Below, one piece after another: positions 9,380 through 18,470 of a DNA stretch of 64,000 bases. Every line of letters starts with the position of its first letter. Position 1 is the first letter of the stretch. A program made the position numbers and the translations under genes. The stretch spans positions 1,610-65,609 of the forward strand of contig CAMAYU010000011.1 of assembly GCA_945862235.1 (NCBI GenBank), read 5' to 3'. Source of the DNA: Schlesneria paludicola DSM 18645. Lineage in GTDB: Bacteria > Planctomycetota > Planctomycetia > Planctomycetales > Planctomycetaceae. The notes under the pieces are model-generated. The model searched no databases, was not told the origin of the DNA, and worked only from the letters and a program-made list of their open reading frames with translations.

Positions 9380-9588
9380 GTCGCGACTTTCTATCGAGAG
9401 ATCGTTGGCGTGAAGAGTGGGCCGCAGAAACGTAACATACGCCCGCCGTGGCGCGATGCGAGCGGCCAGTGGGCTTTCAGCCCCCGGATTCTTACATCGA
9501 CGAGTCCGGGGGCTGACGCCGCCCGGCTCACCTAAATCGGACTCATGTCGATCAGGCCGATGATCGACTCGGCGGGAGATTGATTGAA

Positions 9589-10722
9589 ATGTACGGTCCA
9601 TCGGAATTTGAAGGGGGCGTCTTCAGCGACGAGATCGACGGAGGCCGCGCGAGCGCCACCATCGAGCTGAGTACCAGTGGCATGGTCGCCCTCACCTCAA
9701 CCGGTCAGCGATTCGGAATCCTCTATCGCGACTGCCAACTCGACATCGGCGGTGCCAGCGGGCGGATGGTTTTCTGCCGGACACCCGATCGCAAACTGAC
9801 GATCTTTTGCGAGGACCGCCGTTTCCCCGCTGCACTCGACATGGAATCCGGAGGCGAGCTGGCCGAACAGTTGTCCTCAGTGCGCGGCCAGCGTCTCTCC
9901 GAGGGCATTCGCTGGCGAATGTGGTTGCTGGGGATGGCGATTGTCAGCGTGTTGTGCCTCATCGGCGGCTATTACGCGCTGATCGCGGTCGCCAAGGCGT
10001 CGATCGTCGCCGTGCCTGTCAGTGTCGATACAAAGATTGGCAAGTTGGCGCTGGAATCGCTCGAACTGGAAGGAACACGCGTCACGGACAAGGTGGTCGT
10101 CGATGCCGTCCAAGAGATGGTGTCTCGATTGGAACCGCATTCCGAATTGAAGGGCCTCACATTTGAAGTGCGCGTGATGGACTCACCCGAGGTCAATGCG
10201 TTCTGTCTCCCCGGTGGCAAGATGGTCGTTTACACCGGGCTGCTGAAGAAGGCGAAAACGGCGGAGCAAGTGGCGGGAGTCCTCAGCCACGAGATGGCTC
10301 ACGCGATCAAGCGGCACGGCTTGCAGCGCATCACCGAGTCACTCGGAATCGTGGTCGCCATTGAGTTGATGATCGGCGACGTGGGCGGCCTGGTGGCGAT
10401 CGGCGTCGAGTTGGGAAAGTCGGCCGCACTGACGAGCTACAGCCGTGAACTGGAGACCGAAGCGGACATCGTCGGCGTGCAATTGCTTCATGCCGCCGCC
10501 ATTGATCCGCTGGAGCTGGCAGGCTTCTTCGAGATGCTCAAAGACGAAGGGGACGACCTGCCCGCCGCGATGAGATGGCTGAGTACACACCCCGAACACG
10601 AGGCTCGGATTGCCACGGTACGCGGTGCGCTTGCGAAGCTTGGAGCACAGCAATATCGTCCCCTCGACATTGACTGGGACGATGTGCAGCAACACCTCAA
10701 CCCGTTGAAGGATGACAAGTGA
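9589..10722 (+). CDS. M48 family zinc metallopeptidase with N-terminal soluble domain and one TM helix
   Basis: VNAFCLPGG, HEMAH (HExxH), YSRELETEAD, LSTHP motifs. Confidence 0.9.
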   Translation: MYGPSEFEGGVFSDEIDGGRASATIELSTSGMVALTSTGQRFGILYRDCQLDIGGASGRMVFCRTPDRKLTIFCEDRRFPAALDMESGGELAEQLSSVRGQRLSEGIRWRMWLLGMAIVSVLCLIGGYYALIAVAKASIVAVPVSVDTKIGKLALESLELEGTRVTDKVVVDAVQEMVSRLEPHSELKGLTFEVRVMDSPEVNAFCLPGGKMVVYTGLLKKAKTAEQVAGVLSHEMAHAIKRHGLQRITESLGIVVAIELMIGDVGGLVAIGVELGKSAALTSYSRELETEADIVGVQLLHAAAIDPLELAGFFEMLKDEGDDLPAAMRWLSTHPEHEARIATVRGALAKLGAQQYRPLDIDWDDVQQHLNPLKDDK

Positions 10723-10858
10723 CGACCGTTCTGGTCACGCCGGGTGGTAGTTCGCAGTACTCGTTAAGTACTCCATTCAAACTTCCCCTCAAGCACACAA
10801 TTCCGGTGGGATGTTGTTCAATCGGTCGTTGATTCCCCTCTGCTGCAAAGGACCACTG

Positions 10859-11512
10859 ATGGAAGCTACCACGCGAAACCGTCCTTCGTTTGCCAACATT
10901 CTGGTGCAGTTAAAACCCGGCGATCGCATCATCGCCGAAGCCGACGCGATGGCCAGTATGAGTGCCACTGTCGAGATGCGGACGCGCTGGAGCGGCGGCT
11001 TCTTCGGCGCCATTTTGAAGCGAATCTTCGGTGGTGAGTCGCTCTTCGTGAACGAGTTCTCCTCGAAGGTCCCCGCCGAACTGGTGCTCACTCAGGGACT
11101 GCCGGGCGACATCGAGTGCATCGACCTGAAAGGGACCGTTCTCTATCTGCAACCGGGCGCGTTCTTGGCTTGTGAGCCAGGCGTGTCACTCGGCATGGGC
11201 TGGGCCGGGCTGGCCAGCTTCGTCGGCGGCGAGGGCTTGTTCCGACTGAAAGTGCGAGGCGAGGGCCGCGTCTGGTTCTCCGGCTACGGCGGCATCTTCG
11301 CCAAGGAGATCACCGACGAGTACATCGTCGATACCGGGCATCTCGTCGCCTATGAGCCAACGATCCACATCCGCGTCGGTATGGCAGGCGGTGTTTTTTC
11401 GAGCTTCTTCGGCGGCGAAGGTCTCGTCACCAAAGTCCGTGGCCCCGGCCGAATCTACATGCAGTCCCGCAACTTCACCGGCCTGACCGCGTGGATGAAT
11501 GCTCACATCTGA
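10859..11512 (+). CDS. AIM24/TIGR00266 family protein (copy 1)
   Basis: GESLFVNEF, GGEGLF, YIVDTGHLVAY, YMQSRN motifs. Confidence 0.88.
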   Translation: MEATTRNRPSFANILVQLKPGDRIIAEADAMASMSATVEMRTRWSGGFFGAILKRIFGGESLFVNEFSSKVPAELVLTQGLPGDIECIDLKGTVLYLQPGAFLACEPGVSLGMGWAGLASFVGGEGLFRLKVRGEGRVWFSGYGGIFAKEITDEYIVDTGHLVAYEPTIHIRVGMAGGVFSSFFGGEGLVTKVRGPGRIYMQSRNFTGLTAWMNAHI

Positions 11513-11559
11513 GTCATCCATTCCAAGCATCGTGAGCGGCTGAGCCGCTCGGTTGAAAA

Positions 11560-11638
11560 CAGTGCAAAGTGCAAAGTGATTTCGATCGGCCCACTCGGAC
11601 ATTTTGCACTTGGCACTGATCACTTCTCACTTTGCACT
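11560..11638. repeat. heptamer hairpin (AGTGCAA / TTGCACT units)
   Basis: Tandem 7-mers in inverted arrangement between AIM24 copies 1 and 2. Confidence 0.7.
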
Positions 11639-11722
11639 CCGCTTCCGAACGGTCATCTCAACAACCCGTCCCGCACTACCAAACTTGCTCCCCCACAACA
11701 TCTCCCTTGAGAGGTTCGTCTC

Positions 11723-12406
11723 ATGCAGTACGAGATTCTGGCTCGCCCCGCCGCATCGGTGGCCAAGCTGTCGCTCAGTGCCAACGAAACCATCACCTGT
11801 GAAGTCGGCGCGATGATCGCCATGACGACCGGCATCGCCGTCGAGACGACTTCCGGTAAGAAGGGCGGGAGCGGCGGATTTATGAAGGGACTGAAACGGA
11901 TGTTCGCGGGCGAGAATTATTTTCTCAACCACTTCACCGCGCAGGCTCCCGACCAGACGCTCATCATTGGCCCGACGATGCTCGGTGACATCGTGCATCA
12001 CGACCTTCGTGGCGGCAGTTTGGTCGTGCAAGGATCGAGTTGGCTGGCGAGCGAAACCGGGGTTTCCGTCGATGCCACTTGGCAGGGATTCGGCAAAGCG
12101 ATCTTCAGCGGTGAGGGCCTCTTTTGGGTGAAGTGCAGCGGTCAGGGATCGGTCTTCCTGAGCAGCTTCGGTGCGATCTACGAAGTGGACGTGGAGGACG
12201 AGTACATCGTTGATACCGGTCACATCGTTGCGTTCGAGGACACACTTCAGTTCCGCATCGTCAAAGCGGGACGCAGCTTGATCGGCAGCTTCCTCGGCGG
12301 CGAAGGTTTGGTCTGCAAGTTCAACGGTCAGGGGAAGCTGTACTGTCAGAGCCACAACCCGCCCAACTTCGGCAAGCTGGTCGGGCCGAAGCTCAAGCCA
12401 CGGTGA
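11723..12406 (+). CDS. AIM24/TIGR00266 family protein (copy 2)
   Basis: FAGENYFLNHF, SGEGLF, YIVDTGHIVAF, GGEGLVCKF, YCQSHN. Confidence 0.9.
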   Translation: MQYEILARPAASVAKLSLSANETITCEVGAMIAMTTGIAVETTSGKKGGSGGFMKGLKRMFAGENYFLNHFTAQAPDQTLIIGPTMLGDIVHHDLRGGSLVVQGSSWLASETGVSVDATWQGFGKAIFSGEGLFWVKCSGQGSVFLSSFGAIYEVDVEDEYIVDTGHIVAFEDTLQFRIVKAGRSLIGSFLGGEGLVCKFNGQGKLYCQSHNPPNFGKLVGPKLKPR

Positions 12407-12477
12407 AACGAGCAAGTCGCACCGTCCTCTTCAACTCCAATTCATCCACGTCACATCCCGCTCAGAGGAAGGTCAGC

Positions 12478-13176
12478 ATGAGCCAACTCGACTTCGAGAT
12501 TTCCCAGCGTCCCGACTTCGCCATCGTCACCGTGCGGATGCAGCCGGGTGAAAAAGTCTATTCGGAACCGGCCGCGATGGCATCGATGACACCGTCGCTG
12601 ACGATGAAGGCGGGAATGAAGGGAGGCTGGAAGAAGGCTCTCGGCCGGATGTTCGCGGGAGAAAGCCTGATCGTGAACACGTTTTCGGCCGAGACTGCTC
12701 CGGGCGAAGTGCTGTTCGCCCCCGGCATTCCGGGCGACATGATGCACTACGAATTGGACAACAACTCCCTCTATCTGCAGCGCGGCGCGTTCCTCGCCCA
12801 TTCGGAAGGAGTCGAGTTGTCGGCGAAGTGGCAAGGTGCGAAAGGCTTCTTCAGTGGACAGGGTCTCGTCCTGTTGAAAGCTCATGGCAAGGGCGATCTC
12901 TTTTTCAATTCGTTCGGAGCCATCTTGGAGATTGATGTCGCCGATGAGTACGTCGTCGATACCGGCTACATCGTCGCGTTTGAAGACACGCTGGACTACA
13001 AGGTGGTCGTCCTTCCCGGCTCGCGTCCGACGAAGACGATCAAGAACTTCCTGTTCGGCGGTGAGGGCCTCGTCTGTCGCTTCTCCGGTCAGGGAAAGGT
13101 CTGGGTCCAGACCCGCTACGTCCACCCGCTGCTGTCATGGGTCTATCCGTTCCGCCCGGTGAAGTCGAAGGACTGA
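12478..13176 (+). CDS. AIM24/TIGR00266 family protein (copy 3)
   Basis: FAGESLIVNTF, YVVDTGYIVAF, GGEGLVCRF; GAGGAAGG RBS upstream. Confidence 0.9.
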   Translation: MSQLDFEISQRPDFAIVTVRMQPGEKVYSEPAAMASMTPSLTMKAGMKGGWKKALGRMFAGESLIVNTFSAETAPGEVLFAPGIPGDMMHYELDNNSLYLQRGAFLAHSEGVELSAKWQGAKGFFSGQGLVLLKAHGKGDLFFNSFGAILEIDVADEYVVDTGYIVAFEDTLDYKVVVLPGSRPTKTIKNFLFGGEGLVCRFSGQGKVWVQTRYVHPLLSWVYPFRPVKSKD

Positions 13177-13360
13177 GGCCCCCATCCGGCGGCACACAGA
13201 ACAGGGCACATCGAAGCCTGACGCGCAAGCGAAGCTGTCACGTCGAGAACTCCTTCACTTGCGTGTCAGGCTTCGATGAGTCGGTCACGTTGTTACTGCC
13301 GATCGAGATCCACTTGCAGCCAGCCCTTCCGCCTCCGATCCACTCGAAAGCCAAACGACC

Positions 13361-13636
13361 GTGCCACCCGACCAAGACCATCCCAACGATCCGCTTCACG
13401 GCATCACACTGGCAAAGATTCTCGAACGGATGGTCGATTATTGGGGCTGGGAAGAAATGGGCCGCGTCATTCCCATTCGTTGCTTCACGCACGACCCGAG
13501 CATCAGCTCGAGCCTGAAGTTCCTCCGAAAAACTCCGTGGGCTCGAGCCAAGGTCGAAACCTTCTATCTCGACTGCCACGCCGAGATCGACGCGGAGCAG
13601 GAAAGAACAAACGCCTCACACCCGCCCGAAGCGTGA
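13361..13636 (+). CDS. VF530/DUF2132 family small protein
   Basis: NDPLHGITL...YWGWEEM...[21 protein letters not shown] signature. Confidence 0.9.
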   Translation: MPPDQDHPNDPLHGITLAKILERMVDYWGWEEMGRVIPIRCFTHDPSISSSLKFLRKTPWARAKVETFYLDCHAEIDAEQERTNASHPPEA

Positions 13637-13899
13637 GCGAGGACGCCCGTCGCTCGGCTCTCGTCCTCACGATTCCGTCGGGGAAGAAGTAACGCGGATG
13701 GCAAAGCCGGGGCGAGGATGAAGCCCCCAACCCACCTCATTTTTAGGGTCACGCCGTTCACCGTGAAACGTGCGTAACTTCAAAACTCACACTGCGGGTT
13801 GGTGTTGTGCTTGGACAAAGCCCAAGCGTTGCCGGAAAAACCTTGAGAGAGTTGAACGACGCCTCGCGGAACAACTCCAGCCGGCCAATAGGGCCTGTG

Positions 13900-15354
13900 T
13901 CACAGGTGCGTCTCGGGGAGCGGTGGCGATTCGTGGTGGATCAGGTTCATCGTTTTCCAACGGCCACTCCTGAACCGGATCAGAAACACGAAGCCCAGCA
14001 CTGTGACGTAGACCGTACACCAGATCCAACTCCAGAAGAGACTCGGCCCGTAAAACTTCCACGTCAGATACGTGGGGGTGACGAGGAGTCCCCAAGCGCA
14101 GAGGCAGGTGGCGATCATTGAGAACGTCGTGTCTCCCGCCGCGCGCACGGCGGATCCAAACACGATCGCCATCGCGTCGAAGAACGAGTAGAGAGCGACG
14201 AACCGCAGCAGCACGACCACCACGTCGCGAACGGCCTGAAAGTTTTCACCGTCAGCGTGATAGGCGTAAGGAGCCAGCAGGATCTGCGGCGCGAAGACGT
14301 ATACGGATCCACAAAAGGCCATGATCCCGCCCGCCACAACGAAACCTTTGCGAGCAGACTTCTCGGCGATGTCGGGGCGTCCCTCACCGATCCGCTGTCC
14401 AACGAGCGTGGAGACCGCGATACCGACGCCAATGACCGGCGTGAAGGCGAGCGTGTTCAGGTTGAAGGCGATGTTCGTGGCCGCCAGTTCGTGCTTGCCG
14501 ATCCAACCGATGACAATGATGAACGCCGTGAAACCTGCCACGTCGAGAAACATCTGCAATCCGCTCGGCCCGCCGAACTTCAACAGGTCGCGCATCAGTC
14601 GGCGATCGAATCGCCAGTGCGTCCAAAATTGATAGGTGTCTCGCGCGTCGGATCGCGTCAGCAGGAACACGTAGCAGAGCGTGGCAAACGCATTGGCCAA
14701 GTTCGTGGCGATGGCGGCTCCGGTCATTCCCAGCTTGGGAATCGGCCCCCATCCAAACACGAGGATCACGACCAGGACGGCGTTGACCATCACGCTGGCC
14801 CCGTTCACCAGCAGGACCATTCGCGTCTTTCCACGCCCGCTATAGAAAGTCGAGAGCGCGGCGGGGAGCAGCGCGAAGACCGCTCCCAAACAGAGCCATG
14901 AGAAATACTCCGTTTCCAGCTTTCGCACACTGTCTTCATGACCGACCAAATCAAACAGCGCACCGGAGAACCACGCGCACGGGATCAGTAGCAGCCCGCA
15001 AGCCAGTGCGAAATAGGCCGCTTGCCAAACCGCCGCCGCGACGCGAGCGGGTTGTTTCGCGCCGTCGTACTGCGCCACGAACGCGTTTGCATACGAAACA
15101 ATTCCAAACGGCAGGCTGAGGCACGACCAGAACAGGATTCCTGCGGGCAGCGCCGCCGCGACCGCTTCCTTGGAGTACCACGTCATGAAGACGCGATCGA
15201 CAACGTGCATCAGCGATTGCGTGCTGGAACTCAAAACCATCGGCACCGCGATCGCGAGCAGTTCGACGTAGCCTCCCGCTAACGGCGTCTGAATGGACGC
15301 TGGCTGCGGCAAAGAAGGAGACGGCGTGACCTCAGATTCCATCCGGAAACTCAT
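13900..15354 (-). CDS. MATE family efflux transporter
   Basis: About 12 hydrophobic helices, IAVPM...VDRVF, GAAIAT, GQRIGEG, RAAGDT motifs. Confidence 0.9.
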   Translation of the reverse strand: MSFRMESEVTPSPSLPQPASIQTPLAGGYVELLAIAVPMVLSSSTQSLMHVVDRVFMTWYSKEAVAAALPAGILFWSCLSLPFGIVSYANAFVAQYDGAKQPARVAAAVWQAAYFALACGLLLIPCAWFSGALFDLVGHEDSVRKLETEYFSWLCLGAVFALLPAALSTFYSGRGKTRMVLLVNGASVMVNAVLVVILVFGWGPIPKLGMTGAAIATNLANAFATLCYVFLLTRSDARDTYQFWTHWRFDRRLMRDLLKFGGPSGLQMFLDVAGFTAFIIVIGWIGKHELAATNIAFNLNTLAFTPVIGVGIAVSTLVGQRIGEGRPDIAEKSARKGFVVAGGIMAFCGSVYVFAPQILLAPYAYHADGENFQAVRDVVVVLLRFVALYSFFDAMAIVFGSAVRAAGDTTFSMIATCLCAWGLLVTPTYLTWKFYGPSLFWSWIWCTVYVTVLGFVFLIRFRSGRWKTMNLIHHESPPLPETHL

Positions 15355-15459
15355 CGCAATTTGAAAGGGCGGTACGTGGAGGCGAGACACTACGAAGTTC
15401 GTGCGCACTCTGACAACCAACGCACTGCGGAACCACAGCAATCGCCGATGTTCAAATCG

Positions 15460-15556
15460 GGGTGCCACGGTCACGGAGCTTCGACGTGGCGTGCGTGGAA
15501 GTGAAGGCTGGTTCTCTTTCTCACGGCCACGTCGAAGCTCCGTGACCGTGGCACCC
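15460..15556. repeat. 31-bp perfect inverted repeat
   Basis: GGGTGCCACGGTCACGGAGCTTCGACGTGGC (15460-15490) and exact reverse complement (15526-15556). Confidence 0.9.
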
Positions 15557-15606
15557 AATATCCCACCCCAACAAGGTGATGGCCCTGCGGAGGAATGCCG
15601 CATCTC

Positions 15607-16206
15607 TCACAGCGGCCAGGCCGCTTGTTCGTGAAGACGGCTCAACAACTGTCTGACGGTGTCACCGTGTGCGACCGGAGCCAGCACAACACTGCGCAGG
15701 GGCTGCCGTTCGATCTTCAAGTGGTTCCATCGCGCGAGTGTTCTACGAACAGAGGACCGTCGCACGAACAAGCCGCCGGGTGCCTCAAACAGCCACTGTG
15801 ATGCAGTGAACACTGAGCGTTGATCACTGGTTCGCCAGGCGACCGGCATCGCGGTGACCGCAGGCTGGCGGGCCGACTGCCACCATTGAGTCAACTGATC
15901 GAACCAACTCGCCCTGCGAATCGGTTCGTCGCGCCGAGGTTCGAGTGCGCCGTTTTGACGCTGATCGTGATCGGGCAGGAAGAGAATTCCCTCACTCGTC
16001 GTGATCAGGCGACCAAGGCTGGGCCAGCCTCGACGCTCCAAGCGGACGGGACCGAGTTCCGCGAGTGGCTCTCCCAATCGTGCGGCCAGTGTCTCGTCAT
16101 CGAGATCGGGCGCATCGACATCCACGATCACACCACATTCGGTGCAACGATCCGCGTGAGGCTCGATCCACGTCAGGCAGTGAGTACACACGACGATCAG
16201 AGACAT
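15607..16206 (-). CDS. hypothetical protein with N-terminal zinc ribbon (CxxC...CxxC)
   Basis: CTHC and CTEC pairs at N-terminus; AAGGAA RBS; no other recognisable motif. Confidence 0.6.
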   Translation of the reverse strand: MSLIVVCTHCLTWIEPHADRCTECGVIVDVDAPDLDDETLAARLGEPLAELGPVRLERRGWPSLGRLITTSEGILFLPDHDQRQNGALEPRRDEPIRRASWFDQLTQWWQSARQPAVTAMPVAWRTSDQRSVFTASQWLFEAPGGLFVRRSSVRRTLARWNHLKIERQPLRSVVLAPVAHGDTVRQLLSRLHEQAAWPL

Positions 16207-16291
16207 GCGAGACGGTTCCTTGCCGGAGTTCACGCCGTCAATGTAGCCTCCCTTTGGACAGAGTGACACTCGCCCCAAGGATCGTGAAAAG

Positions 16292-16816
16292 ATGGCTGAA
16301 GACGGTGAATTGCCCGGAGACACGCAAGCCACGGCGCGGCCACTCGTGACACCGACCTCTGCCGAAACAGTGCCGCCGCCCACCGTGGTTGTCGTTCATC
16401 CGCGTGAGCGCCGTCGCAAGTGTACGGTTCGCACACTCAGACAACGCGACGGTTTCGCCTTCTGCAACTTTCCGCGAATGCCTTACGAGTTGACCGGCTA
16501 CGTGAGACTCGGTATCGGCGGGCCGTTATTGAGCGAGGCCGATGCGAATCTCGGGCTGCTCATTCTCGACGGAACGTGGCGGCATGTGCAGCCGATGGAA
16601 AGGATGTTCGCCGACATCCCGCTCCGCAGCCTGCCGCCGGTCGTGACGGCCTACCCGCGCACATCCAAAGTGAGCGTCGATCCCGACGGTGGCCTCGCCA
16701 CGATCGAAGCGATCTACGTGGCCTTTCGACTCCTCGGTCGAGACACCGCCGGACTGCTCGATCACTATCACTGGGCCGATGAGTTCGTCGAGTTGAATCA
16801 AGCTTTCTGGCCGTGA
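16292..16816 (+). CDS. Tsr3/DTW-like putative aminocarboxypropyltransferase
   Basis: H..E...[33 protein letters not shown] motifs. Confidence 0.7.
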   Translation: MAEDGELPGDTQATARPLVTPTSAETVPPPTVVVVHPRERRRKCTVRTLRQRDGFAFCNFPRMPYELTGYVRLGIGGPLLSEADANLGLLILDGTWRHVQPMERMFADIPLRSLPPVVTAYPRTSKVSVDPDGGLATIEAIYVAFRLLGRDTAGLLDHYHWADEFVELNQAFWP

Positions 16817-16871
16817 CCCATCTTTGAATGCCTGCTCGTTCCGCTGCATTTCGGAGCGGGCCGGCGTCAGC

Positions 16872-16996
16872 CCAATGGCACTCGCTTTGTCAGTCACCCC
16901 GTGAGCGGCACGGCGTTAGCCGCCGGTTCTTTGCGTGGAAACACCACTCCATCCACCGGCGGCTAGCGCCGTGCCGCTCAAAGTGAGTGCCATTGG
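16872..16996. mobile_element. 125-bp MITE-like element, copy 1
   Basis: Terminal IRs CCAATGGCACTC.CTTT/AAAGTGAGTGCCATTGG, internal 26-bp hairpin arms; 119/125 identical to 23814-23938. Confidence 0.75.
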
Positions 16997-17039
16997 GCTG
17001 ACGCCCAAGAGTCACGTTGCGGTTACACGCGGCTTGTTT

Positions 17040-18470
17040 TCACTGCGACTTGCTGATGCCGATACTGACGAAGTAGAGCGGCACGCCCAGCAGGAACGGC
17101 ACGGCGATCAGAGGCAGCAGCGGCCAGGCGTAAAGCGTCGCCGAGTACAGTCCGAAGCCGGACATCGCACAGAACAGCAGCGGGCACAGCGGAAACAGCG
17201 GCGCGCGGAACGGTCGTTCAATGTCGCGGTCCTTCCAACGGAGAACGAAGTACGCGACGCCGGTCGCCAAGAAGAACGACCAGAATATCGGAGCCGATGC
17301 CGCGTAGAGCGTCTCGAACCCACCGAAGTATTTGCCCCACGGAACCGGCGTGGCACCGACCGCGACGAGGCCCGCGTCCAACGTGCTTCGTCCGGCATCC
17401 GTTCCCAGCGCGAGGATCATCGCGACGGTGATGCCACCCTGAACCAGCAATGACCGCGCGGGAACGTTCGCGTGGGGAGACTGCTTCGCCAGCAACGCGA
17501 ACAATCGGTGATCGGCTCCGACGGTCGCGTGCAATCGCGCGGCGGAGAAGATCACACCGTTGACGCTCCCCAGCGCCGAGATCATCACGAGCACGATCAT
17601 CGCCCGTCCGCCACGCGCGCCGACCACCTTCGCGAACGCATCGGCCGCCGGTTGGTGCGAGGCACGCAGGCCCTCGAAGCCCAACGCGCCGAGATACGCC
17701 GCGTTGAGCAGCACGTACCACACGGTGATGACTCCGATTCCCAGCAACAGCGCACGCGGGATGTTGCGTGAACGATCCTTCATTTCAGCCGCGACGAACG
17801 CGGCATCGTTCCAGCCGCCGTAGGCGTACAGCACGAGGATCAGCGCGAATGGCCAGCCCGCTTCGGACATCGGCTTCGCAACGGCGAGCGAACTGCTTCC
17901 GGCAACGCTCAGCCCCGCGATGACGAGTAGTCCCATGCCGATCAGCTTCGCAATGGTCAGCATGTTTTGAGTTCGCTTTCCGGCCTGAACGCCCAGCATG
18001 TTGAGCGTCGTCAGCACGACAACCGCCGCCAGCGCGAGCCAAATCATTGCGCTGCTCGGCAAAGCGAAGACCGTCACCGCGTGCTCGGCGAAGACATACG
18101 ACAGCGCGCCGATGCTGCCCGTTTGGATCATCGACAACTCGGCCCACCCGAACAGAAATCCGGCCCACGGCCCGAACGCCCGCGTCAAGTAGTTGTATTC
18201 GCCGCCGAGTCTCGGATAGGCCGTCGCCAGTTCCGCATAACAGAGCGCGCTGGCGAACGACAACCCGCCACAGACGATCCACAGACCAAGCCCCCACCAC
18301 GGACCGGGGACGTTGGCGAAGATCAGTCCGGAAGTCTTGAAGACCGTGCTGCCGATCACGATGCCGATGATGAGACTCACTGCGTCCCACGTCGTCAGCG
18401 TCGAGGCCCCCGGCTCGGAGGAACGCGCATTTTCAATGGGTGTGTCTGGCGAAGAAGAACTGGATGTCAC
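17040..18470 (-). CDS. APC superfamily amino acid permease (LAT-like)
   Basis: IGIVIGSTVF, YAELATAYPRLGGEYNY, YAYGGWNDAAFVAAEMKDRSRNIP. Confidence 0.9.
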   Translation of the reverse strand: MTSSSSSPDTPIENARSSEPGASTLTTWDAVSLIIGIVIGSTVFKTSGLIFANVPGPWWGLGLWIVCGGLSFASALCYAELATAYPRLGGEYNYLTRAFGPWAGFLFGWAELSMIQTGSIGALSYVFAEHAVTVFALPSSAMIWLALAAVVVLTTLNMLGVQAGKRTQNMLTIAKLIGMGLLVIAGLSVAGSSSLAVAKPMSEAGWPFALILVLYAYGGWNDAAFVAAEMKDRSRNIPRALLLGIGVITVWYVLLNAAYLGALGFEGLRASHQPAADAFAKVVGARGGRAMIVLVMISALGSVNGVIFSAARLHATVGADHRLFALLAKQSPHANVPARSLLVQGGITVAMILALGTDAGRSTLDAGLVAVGATPVPWGKYFGGFETLYAASAPIFWSFFLATGVAYFVLRWKDRDIERPFRAPLFPLCPLLFCAMSGFGLYSATLYAWPLLPLIAVPFLLGVPLYFVSIGISKSQ

